From contig JBFJQO010000001.1 of the NCBI GenBank assembly GCA_041616535.1, positions 1-32,120 of the forward strand: a stretch of DNA of 32,120 bases, written 5' to 3'. The stretch comes from Woeseiaceae bacterium. GTDB lineage: Bacteria > Pseudomonadota > Gammaproteobacteria > Steroidobacterales > Woeseiaceae. Under the pieces are notes generated by a model. The model was not told the origin of the DNA. It did no database searches and worked only from the letters and a program-made list of their open reading frames with translations. This document shows, in pieces, positions 15,922 through 26,589 of this stretch. The translations under genes were made by a program, and so were the position numbers. Every line of letters begins with the position of its first letter. Position 1 is the stretch's first letter.

Positions 15922-17409
15922 ATGGCAAGGTTCAACCTATTTTCGGCGCTGGTCGCCGGTGCGATGCTCGCAGCCGGCTGTGCTTCGGCACCTTATCCGG
16001 CGGGCCACGAAGCCCCGGCCGGCCACCTTGTCGGCGCGCATGACAACCGCGAGTTCTCACTGCCGCGCAAGGCCACTGCCGCGAGCCACGCCGGCTGGGT
16101 TTACGCCCGCTCGGTCTACGAAAACCCCATTAACCGTCCGGTCTCGCATTTCACGTCGCTCGGCTCCCTCGCGCTCAAATCGACAGGCGGACTCCTCCGC
16201 CGCATCGCCATCGGCACGACACAGATGCCCGCCCTGAATGGTGAGATTCCTGCCGTCACCTATGCCGCGACGATGGATCTCGAGGCGTTCGAACGGGAAC
16301 TCGATCGCATCACGGGTACGACGCGCGATCGCGGACGAATCACCTTTCTGGTCGATGGCGGCGAATATTTCGGACGCCTGATCGAGACGATCGAAAATGC
16401 CGAGGAAAGCATCGACATACGCACCTACATTTTCGACAACGACGATTTCGCGGTCGCGATAGCGGATCTGTTGCGCGAACGATCCGGCGACGTTCGTGTG
16501 CGCATCATGCTCGACAGCATCGGCAACGTGCTCGCGACCCAGGCGGATCCGCAATCGCTGCCCGCCGATCACAGACATCCACTGTCGATGGGCCTGTATC
16601 TGAAGTCGGCGTCTAAGGTAAAGGTCCGCAACATGACCAACCCCTGGTTCACGGGCGATCACACCAAGACGACGATCATCGACCGGAAGATCGCTTTCGT
16701 CGGCGGCATGAACATCGGCCGCGAATACCGGCACGACTGGCACGACCTGATGATGGAAGTCAGCGGGCCCGTCGTGGATCGGCTGCAATTCGAGTCCGAC
16801 AAGGCCTGGGCCCGCGGCGGCCTGTTCGGCGATGTGGCCAACGCCTTCCGGTTCCTGGCAGGCAAGCAGACGCACGCGGATCGCGACGGATACCCGGTGC
16901 GCATCCTGCAGACGCGCAACTTCGATGCGGACATCTACAAAGCGCAGATCGCGGCAATCCGCAACGCAAAGAGCCACATACTCATCGAGAACGCCTACTT
17001 CTCGGACGATCGGACAATCTACGAACTCGCCAGGGCGCGGCGCCGCGGCGTCGACGTGCGTGTCATTATCCCGTCCAAGGGAAATCACGGGCCGCTGAAC
17101 GCCAGCAACAAGGTCACGATCAATACGTTGATCAAGCACGGGATTCGCGTCTACGAGTACCCGGGTATGAGCCACGTCAAGGCAGCCATCTACGACGGCT
17201 GGATCTGTGTCGGGTCCGCCAATTTCGATAAGCTGAGTCTCGAGGTCAACAAGGAGTTGAACCTGGCCACGTCCGATCCGGCCACGGTCGAGGCGCTGCT
17301 AGACCGGGTATTCATCCCCGACCTGATAGCCTCGCGCGAGATTACGCGGCCGGTCGGCGTGACGATCGCAACGCGGCTGGCCGAAATTGCGGTGGACGAA
17401 CTGCTTTAA
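15922..17409 (+). CDS. Phospholipase D-superfamily lipoprotein with two HKD motifs (cardiolipin-synthase/PLD-like)
   Basis: Start moved to the ATG at 15922 (SD GGAGG 5 nt upstream): MARFNLFSALVAGAMLAAGC|AS, a signal peptide plus lipobox. HKD1 is HTKTTIIDRKIAFVGGMNIG; HKD2 is HVKAAIYDGWICVGSANFD. Confidence 0.88.
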   Translation: MARFNLFSALVAGAMLAAGCASAPYPAGHEAPAGHLVGAHDNREFSLPRKATAASHAGWVYARSVYENPINRPVSHFTSLGSLALKSTGGLLRRIAIGTTQMPALNGEIPAVTYAATMDLEAFERELDRITGTTRDRGRITFLVDGGEYFGRLIETIENAEESIDIRTYIFDNDDFAVAIADLLRERSGDVRVRIMLDSIGNVLATQADPQSLPADHRHPLSMGLYLKSASKVKVRNMTNPWFTGDHTKTTIIDRKIAFVGGMNIGREYRHDWHDLMMEVSGPVVDRLQFESDKAWARGGLFGDVANAFRFLAGKQTHADRDGYPVRILQTRNFDADIYKAQIAAIRNAKSHILIENAYFSDDRTIYELARARRRGVDVRVIIPSKGNHGPLNASNKVTINTLIKHGIRVYEYPGMSHVKAAIYDGWICVGSANFDKLSLEVNKELNLATSDPATVEALLDRVFIPDLIASREITRPVGVTIATRLAEIAVDELL

Positions 17410-17458
17410 AGGCGACTAAAGTAAGGAATCTGTACCGCATCTGGCTTGGGGAGCACAC

Positions 17459-17869
17459 ATGCAACTGACCTTGCTCGGCATTGCTCTCGTGCTGCTGGTC
17501 GTCTGGCTGTACTTGCGGCGCCGCGGTCAGAAGCCATCGTCGCAGGCTTCAGCCGCACCGAGAGACGCCGGCGGTACGCAGTATCACGCCGTGTCCATCC
17601 GGTTCGACGAGGGCGCCTGCGACGCGGCCAAGGCGATGAGCGGACGGCGATTCCTTGCCAGCGCGGCGCCGCGATTGCCGTTACCCGAGTGCGACGTGCT
17701 CGAGTGCCGCTGCCGATTCACGCACCACAAGGACCGGCGTAACGGCAGGGATCGGCGCAGCCCGTTCGGGGCCGGCGGCTTCGGCGGCGGCGCCACGGGA
17801 TCCCACGAAAAGGAACGTCGGGAAAACGTGGGCCGGCGCGAAGAAGACACCGATACGGATCTGTACTAG
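17459..17869 (+). CDS. Small single-pass membrane protein with a Cys cluster and an Arg/Gly-rich tail (uncharacterised)
   Basis: 136-aa ORF with SD GGGGAG 5 nt upstream and high third-position GC. N-terminal TM LTLLGIALVLLVVWLYL; then CDAAKAMSGRRFL...LPLPECDVLECRCRFTHHKDRRNGRDRR; then GAGGFGGGA and an acidic end. It lies 49 nt downstream of the PLD gene on the same strand. Confidence 0.7.
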   Translation: MQLTLLGIALVLLVVWLYLRRRGQKPSSQASAAPRDAGGTQYHAVSIRFDEGACDAAKAMSGRRFLASAAPRLPLPECDVLECRCRFTHHKDRRNGRDRRSPFGAGGFGGGATGSHEKERRENVGRREEDTDTDLY

Positions 17870-17902
17870 GCGAAGGGTCGGGCGCGCACCCGGTGTGTGT
17901 CT

Positions 17903-18535
17903 TCAGTAGCCGTAATCGGCGACGTGCGCCTGGTAGTTGTCCAGTGCGACCTGGTAACGCGCCAGCTGCTCGTGAAGATCCCGGATCTCGGCCTCGAGCC
18001 TGCCCGTATGCTCCGACAGGTCCTTGAGGTCTGCAAGGATCAGGATGCGCTCCTCGGTCGTCGTCTCGCTGGAGATCAGGGCCGCCTCCTTACCGCGAAT
18101 CTCGTCGTGCACCGAGTCCAGCTCATGTTCCTTGGAACTGATGCTCGCGCTGGTCCGGCTGACGTTGCTGCGCAACGTGTAGAGTTGATGGCCGACGTTG
18201 TAGCCATCGAGGAAATCCTGTTCGGAGTCGACGCTGCAGACGCCGTAGTAGCGGCCGCCATTGACGCCGACATTGAAGCCGCGGCCCGCCTGGCAGTATT
18301 CGACGAGACCCTGCTCGCGCCCGCGCTGATAGGCGGCGAAATCGGCCGTTACACCGTGCTTCGCACAGGCCTTGCGGTGCGTCGAGAAGCGCTCCGACGT
18401 ATAGCCGCGCGCGCCGTCCTCGTAACCGACCGCCAACCAATCCGTCGCGATACATTCCTCACTGCTCATCGAGGCGCAGCCGCTCATGGCCAGCATGGCC
18501 ACGGCCGCCCAGAGTACGTTCCATTTCGCTTTCAT
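17903..18535 (-). CDS. DUF2799-like lipoprotein with C-terminal coiled-coil-like segment
   Basis: An internal ATG at 18535 gives MKAKWNVLWAAVAMLAMSGC|AS (signal peptide plus lipobox). It is followed by ECIATDWLAVGYEDGARG...YCQAGRGFNVGVNGGRY, the DUF2799 repeat pattern, and then a heptad-like helical tail. Confidence 0.75.
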   Translation of the reverse strand: MKAKWNVLWAAVAMLAMSGCASMSSEECIATDWLAVGYEDGARGYTSERFSTHRKACAKHGVTADFAAYQRGREQGLVEYCQAGRGFNVGVNGGRYYGVCSVDSEQDFLDGYNVGHQLYTLRSNVSRTSASISSKEHELDSVHDEIRGKEAALISSETTTEERILILADLKDLSEHTGRLEAEIRDLHEQLARYQVALDNYQAHVADYGY

Positions 18536-18606
18536 GGCAAAACCCGTCCGTGTGTCGTTGTAAGACATAATCCCGACGCTACACCAGATTTCACAGGACG
18601 CGCCGT

Positions 18607-18740
18607 GACGACATTCACAGATACGCTGCCCGCCCTGAACCGGGACTGAAAACCGCAGGATATCAGCGCTCCACTGTGACATGGATCACGGAGCCGCCCC
18701 GCGCCGCCCGCTAATCTGGCTGTCTGGACGACATTGACAG
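18607..18740. repeat. 14-mer direct repeat (13/14 identical) spaced exactly 120 bp in the DUF2799/NERD divergent intergenic region
   Basis: GACGACATTCACAG (18607-18620) and GACGACATTGACAG (18727-18740). A third TTCACAG lies at 18590-18596. Confidence 0.6.
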
Positions 18741-18751
18741 GAACCCGGCGG

Positions 18752-19615
18752 ATGGATATCGAGGCGATCAGCGGCGCAGCGACTGTGGCACTGGCAAGCA
18801 CGATCCTGTTCCTGCTGATCGCCAAGTCCTGGAATGCGCTGTCCCGCACCGTGGGCTCTACACCGAATTTCGCCGACAGCATCATGCGCGAAGCCGCGCA
18901 GCGCTTCCGCGACGAGCTGGAGCGGTTATCGAGTTCGCAGGCGATCTACCTGTCGGGCGCCCTCGTGTTCGTCGTGCTGTTCGCTGCCGCCTACGTGTTG
19001 CAGGCGCGCGATCTGTTTGCCGGTTACCCGTCGTGGCAGCTCTGGCTGCAGATCGGATTCCTGTCGCTGGCCGCCCTGCTCGCCGCGTGGCGACTCGGCA
19101 GCACGATTTTGGCCCGACGGCAGGTCCGCTTCCTACGCGATGCCAACGTCGCAATCGGTCACCAGCTGCAGCGCATCGCGACCGGCGTCAACCGCGTGTT
19201 CCATGATGTGGAGACGAGTGCCGGCATCGTCGACCACGTGCTCGTCGGCCAGTCCGGTATTTACGCGGTCAACGTCGTCGCGCGCCGCGGCGGCACGAAC
19301 GGCAGTGCCATCCTCAAGAACAGTCACCTCTATTTCCCGAAACGCGGCGAACCGGTCCCGGTCGTCAACGTCACGGCCAGCACGGCGCGGCTCGAGAAGG
19401 AGATTTGCCGGCTGCTCGGGCACAAGATCCGCGTCCGTTCGGTCATCGCGGTGCCCGGCTGGAAAATCGGTGAACAGGCCAGCGAACGGCACCTGCTCGT
19501 CAACGAGCGCACGATTGCCATGTTGCGCGGCTGGAAGGACCAGTCGGACTACCTCATGAACGAGGACGTCGACGCGTTGCAGAGAGAATTAACCGCGCGC
19601 TGCCGCCGCAAGTAG
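18752..19615 (+). CDS. Membrane-anchored NERD (nuclease-related domain) protein
   Basis: Three N-terminal TM helices, then VFHDVETSAGIVDHVLVGQSGIYAVNVVARRG...VRSVIAVPGW, which fits the NERD core pattern (xDHvvig..Gvfvve.K/R). I prefer the ATG at 18752 to the TTG at 18734. Confidence 0.78.
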   Translation: MDIEAISGAATVALASTILFLLIAKSWNALSRTVGSTPNFADSIMREAAQRFRDELERLSSSQAIYLSGALVFVVLFAAAYVLQARDLFAGYPSWQLWLQIGFLSLAALLAAWRLGSTILARRQVRFLRDANVAIGHQLQRIATGVNRVFHDVETSAGIVDHVLVGQSGIYAVNVVARRGGTNGSAILKNSHLYFPKRGEPVPVVNVTASTARLEKEICRLLGHKIRVRSVIAVPGWKIGEQASERHLLVNERTIAMLRGWKDQSDYLMNEDVDALQRELTARCRRK

Positions 19616-20122
19616 CTGTTCCTGAGCCACGCTGAATTGCTCGGCCGCTTTGCCCAGGTAGGTTTCTGCTTCCTCGTGATACCCGTCGGCCGACGCAGAC
19701 CACACCCGGTTGATGTAACGCTCGCCCGCCGCGAAATGGCTCATAATATCTGCGTAGGTTTGCAGGCCAAACAGGTGAACCATGCTCTCGCGCGCGTCGG
19801 CAAAGCGCCGCAGATCGTCGCGCAGCCGCAGATCAATTGCCTGGCGAAGGCCTGTGTCCCTGACCGATGCGTCGACCGTAATCTCGCCCAGGTCCCGCAC
19901 GATGTTGTCGATGGACTCGCGTAGCTCACTGCGGTTGAGTTCGAGGACTTCGTCGGAGGTTGCGTGCGCTGCGGCGGCTCTTTTGATCAGTATCAGGCCG
20001 AGCACCCCACCGACAGCGGCAACGCCAAACAGCGTCCAGTTGACATTCTCTACGTCGAGTGACGTCGCGAACGCACCCATCAGGAATCCGAGCACGAGAA
20101 GGAAATATCCGATTGCTTTCAT
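19589..20122 (-). CDS. Hypothetical protein with two N-terminal TM helices and a helical cytoplasmic domain
   Basis: Only the C-terminal 177 codons of the 351-aa track ORF are credible (MKAIGYFLLVLGFLMGAFAT...); the rest overlaps the OPT gene out of frame. It starts 11 nt after the OPT stop. The 3' end overlaps the NERD gene by 27 nt (convergent). Confidence 0.7.
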   Translation of the reverse strand: MKAIGYFLLVLGFLMGAFATSLDVENVNWTLFGVAAVGGVLGLILIKRAAAAHATSDEVLELNRSELRESIDNIVRDLGEITVDASVRDTGLRQAIDLRLRDDLRRFADARESMVHLFGLQTYADIMSHFAAGERYINRVWSASADGYHEEAETYLGKAAEQFSVAQEQLLAAAARG

Positions 20123-20133
20123 CTCTGCGCCCC

Positions 20134-21855
20134 CTATGACTGAATCACGATGCGCAACGCATCGCCGACACCGACGAGCGCTTCGCCAACTATAAGTCCC
20201 GCTGCCACCGGTATGCCGATCTCCTCGCTCCAGGTCTTGCCGATAAAGCGATCGGACAGCTCCCGAGACAGCGTGCCGAGCGAGTACGTCAGCACGATGT
20301 TGAATGGCAGGTAAAAGCCCAGACCGACCGTGATACCGAGTCCACCCATGACAGCTGACAGGATGGCGCCGAGCACCGCGCCCGCGATGTACTTCTGGGT
20401 TGGCACGTCGCCGCCCATGATGCCGTCGATCGTGCTGGCCAGTGCCTGCGCCTGCGGCGCCGGCAACTTGTCGCTCCCGAGTCCGTGCGATTCGTTGAGA
20501 ATGAAAATGACGAAGATCACGACGATCGGACCGAGCCAGGCGCCCGCAAACTGACCAATCTGCTGTTTGCGCGGTGTAGCGCCGACGAGGTAACCGGTCT
20601 TCAGATCGAGCATCAGGTCTGTTGCCTGTGACATCGCCACGCACATCGCAGCGCCGACCATGAGCGCCGATATGATCGATTCATCGCGGCCCATGTTGAA
20701 CGCCTGAGTCAGGACAATCAGCAGCGTGATTCCGACGAGTGTCATGCCCGATAATGGCGACCAGTTGGTGCGGCCAATCGCTTCCGACAGGATGATGCCG
20801 GCCATCCAGATCCAGAGCGTGCCGAGCAGGGCCATCGCGATCCCGCGACCGAGCCCGATAGTCTCTACCGACGTCCAGGCCATAATGCACAGCAAAATGA
20901 CTGCACCGCCGACGGCGAAGTACAGCAGCTTGATCGGCATCTCTTCCGTGGATATCCCAGCCTCGACTTTGGCCGCCTTCTGCATCGACTTGATTGCGCT
21001 GACGATCAGCGGCGATGCCAGGATGACTCCCATGATGGCCCCACCGATCAGCATGCCGATGCCCAGCGGGCGATACAGCAACAGGCGCAGCGGCCCCGGC
21101 GTATCGATCGTCTCGCCCGTTGCATCTGCGGGGAACATGTCCAGCACCGAGAGCATAGGTGACAGGAACCAGTACGCCACGAAACCGCCGATGATAAAGG
21201 CGATGCCACCGCGCCCGGCGATGAAACCGACGCCAATCGTCATCAATGACAGGTACCAGATGCCGTTCATGTACTCGGGCATGCCGATCAGCGCGCCGAG
21301 ATTCCAGTTCGAGACGCCCGTCTCGATCGTGCCATAGTGCACGCCGGCGCTGATCAAAGCGGCGACCAGCAGATAGACAGCCTTGCGAACACCCGCACCC
21401 GGAGACTTGAGGATCGTCGCCACCGCAACGCCGCCCGGGTAGGTCAGGCGCTCGTAATCGATCATGTGTTTGCGCAGCGGGATGATGAAAGCGATCCCGA
21501 GGAATGCGCCGGCGATGCAGCCGAACGTCAGTATCGTCGAATCGAAGCGATCGCCGAATCCGAGCAGGAAGATCGCCGGCACCGAGAACATCATGCCCGA
21601 CGATGCACCGTTCACGCCCGAGGCGATCGTCTGCACGATGTTGTTCTCGATAATGCTCTTGCGACGCAGGATGCCGCGCAGCACACCGAAGCCGAGAATG
21701 GCGGCGAGCTCCGATCCTTCGATCGAGAAACCGAGGATCAGGGCTGCGTAGCCGATCGACACGGCGATGACGCAACCGATCACCCAACCGGTAACCAATG
21801 CGATCCAGGTTAGTTCAGGATAAGGCCGGGACACGGCCTGCGACGGATTATTCAC
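20134..21855 (-). CDS. OPT-family oligopeptide/metal-chelate transporter
   Basis: 573-aa polytopic ORF. The N-terminus, PELTWIALVTGWVIGCVIAVSIGYAALILGFSIEGSELAAILGFGVLRG, and the overall length and topology are typical of bacterial OPT-superfamily proteins. SD GGGGGAGCGGAG lies upstream. Confidence 0.88.
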   Translation of the reverse strand: MNNPSQAVSRPYPELTWIALVTGWVIGCVIAVSIGYAALILGFSIEGSELAAILGFGVLRGILRRKSIIENNIVQTIASGVNGASSGMMFSVPAIFLLGFGDRFDSTILTFGCIAGAFLGIAFIIPLRKHMIDYERLTYPGGVAVATILKSPGAGVRKAVYLLVAALISAGVHYGTIETGVSNWNLGALIGMPEYMNGIWYLSLMTIGVGFIAGRGGIAFIIGGFVAYWFLSPMLSVLDMFPADATGETIDTPGPLRLLLYRPLGIGMLIGGAIMGVILASPLIVSAIKSMQKAAKVEAGISTEEMPIKLLYFAVGGAVILLCIMAWTSVETIGLGRGIAMALLGTLWIWMAGIILSEAIGRTNWSPLSGMTLVGITLLIVLTQAFNMGRDESIISALMVGAAMCVAMSQATDLMLDLKTGYLVGATPRKQQIGQFAGAWLGPIVVIFVIFILNESHGLGSDKLPAPQAQALASTIDGIMGGDVPTQKYIAGAVLGAILSAVMGGLGITVGLGFYLPFNIVLTYSLGTLSRELSDRFIGKTWSEEIGIPVAAGLIVGEALVGVGDALRIVIQS

Positions 21856-21889
21856 TCCGCTCCCCCGTTGTTATTTGCGCGGAAGACTA

Positions 21890-22975
21890 TCACAGCGGCT
21901 CGAGCCGTGCCGCCAGCTGATCCTTCTCGACGACCTCGAGGAACTCGTCGGCCATCGCCTCGCAGGCTGCCACGCAATGCTTCCAGATGCGGACGCGTTC
22001 CGCCGGCGCGAAATTCACGAAGTCGGTGCGGTCCGGAATCTTGCCGTGCGGCAAGCCGGCGACGAATGTGTCCGAAGGGCTGACCAGGATCGTGCGGTCG
22101 ACGTTGCCGGCCTGCGGCCGTCGCCATTTGAGTCGCTTGTCGAACCACCCCGGCACGATGCGGCCGTAGAAATGCGGGAACAGTGTCAGTCGTTCGCGGG
22201 CGCTGTGCGGCAGGTCGAGATGATAGTCGATCACCCCGCCGTCGCGGTAAACGCCAGGCAGCGCCCCGGCGATGTCGCGCACGCCCGACAAGACGAGCGG
22301 AATCGAGCCGGTCGCCAAGATTGCATCCTCGAGATTGGCCTCTGTCAGTTCGACGCGCTGCAGCGGAAACCCGCGCACATCGAAGAACGGCGGTATGTCT
22401 CGCGGATCGTGAAACAGTGCGCGTTCAAACGACCACCCGAGCGTCGAGCGGCTGATGGCGTTGAGCAACGCAGCCGTCGCGAGTGCCGCCCCGAGCACGG
22501 CGCGCCGTTCCGACGCCATGACGTGGCGGCTCCGCACGGCCATGACGTGCGTGCGGAACAGCGGATTCGCGAGGATCTGCGCGGCGCCGCCCGCGCCGAG
22601 TACCTCGCGCAGGATCGCCCGGCTTTTCGCCGTGATTTCGTGAATGTCCGGCTTGTCGCTGTAGGTCTGCTCGAGGTACGCCGTCTCGAAGCGCTCGATG
22701 GCCGAGAGCGGATCGTCCTGCGCATAGCACGCGAAGCGCCAGGAACCGATCGAACTGCCGATCAGGTGCACGGGTCCCGAGAGACGCGGCACGACACTCG
22801 ACAGTATCGCGCGGTCGAGCTGGCTCAGGGCGAGCCACTTGGCCCCACCGGAGGCGCCGGCGATCGTGCCGACCGACGATATGTCGAATCCGTCGCGCCG
22901 CACCGATTCAAGGGCACCGGCGCCCGCTTTGAAGGTCAAAGTGAACGGTTTCACGAAATTGCAACTCAAGGGCAA
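21890..22975 (-). CDS. Patatin-like phospholipase family protein
   Basis: GASGGAKW (oxyanion Gly-rich loop), GSSIG (GxSxG nucleophile) and RDGGVIDY (catalytic Asp, DGG). The start is uncertain: TTG at 22975 or GTG at 22954, neither with a clear SD. It lies 34 nt upstream of the OPT gene on the same strand. Confidence 0.85.
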   Translation of the reverse strand: MPLSCNFVKPFTLTFKAGAGALESVRRDGFDISSVGTIAGASGGAKWLALSQLDRAILSSVVPRLSGPVHLIGSSIGSWRFACYAQDDPLSAIERFETAYLEQTYSDKPDIHEITAKSRAILREVLGAGGAAQILANPLFRTHVMAVRSRHVMASERRAVLGAALATAALLNAISRSTLGWSFERALFHDPRDIPPFFDVRGFPLQRVELTEANLEDAILATGSIPLVLSGVRDIAGALPGVYRDGGVIDYHLDLPHSARERLTLFPHFYGRIVPGWFDKRLKWRRPQAGNVDRTILVSPSDTFVAGLPHGKIPDRTDFVNFAPAERVRIWKHCVAACEAMADEFLEVVEKDQLAARLEPL

Positions 22976-23031
22976 TGGAGGGCCGAATCAGCGGGTATTA
23001 TAGGGACTCCTTCAGGCTTCCGGTTTTCCAT

Positions 23032-26400
<3,369 letters not shown>

Positions 26401-26589
26401 CTAGCCGCGCACCAAGAAAAGCACGACCACACCGATCGCCATGACGGTGAGGCCGATGTTGCGGATATGATTGTCACTCAGCCGCGCGATTTCCGCCACC
26501 ATCTCACGGTACTTCTTCGGCGAGATGAACGGCAGCATGCCCTCGATGATGAGCACGAGGGCAATGGCCGTAAAGATTTCGGTCGCTAT
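26401..26589 (-). CDS. yjeT: YjeT-like small membrane protein (DUF2065); start codon unresolved
   Basis: Not in the ORF track. My minus-strand translation gives ..TIATEIFTAIALVLIIEGMLPFISPKKYREMVAEIARLSDNHIRNIGLTVMAIGVVVLFLVRG*. This aligns end to end with E. coli YjeT as I recall it (MNSTIWLALALVLVLEGLGPMLYPKAWKKM...) and occupies the conserved hflC-yjeT-purA slot. The first canonical start (GTG at 26556) would cut TM1, so the coordinates given assume the ATA at 26589. Confidence 0.7.
   Translation of the reverse strand: MATEIFTAIALVLIIEGMLPFISPKKYREMVAEIARLSDNHIRNIGLTVMAIGVVVLFLVRG

Noticed and set aside
17870-17902. A possible bidirectional terminator between the small Cys-rich gene and the DUF2799 gene (GGGTCGGGCGCGCACCCGG).
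   Set aside because: Only a 4-6 bp imperfect stem can be drawn and there is no T-tract on either strand, which is too weak to call.
20123-20644. The N-terminal extension of the 351-aa ORF 19589..20644(-).
   Set aside because: It overlaps the OPT transporter gene out of frame and its sequence is Arg-rich. The hydrophobic N-terminus MKAIGYFLLVLGF... at 20122 is a sensible start 11 nt after the OPT stop.
15922-22975. PLD, NERD and patatin read together as an anti-phage defence island.
   Set aside because: The three genes are on different strands in separate transcription units. The PLD has a lipoprotein export signal and so has no access to cytoplasmic DNA. There is no associated ATPase, helicase, methyltransferase, cyclase or sensor gene. 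An envelope or lipid role is at least as plausible, so I make no defence call.
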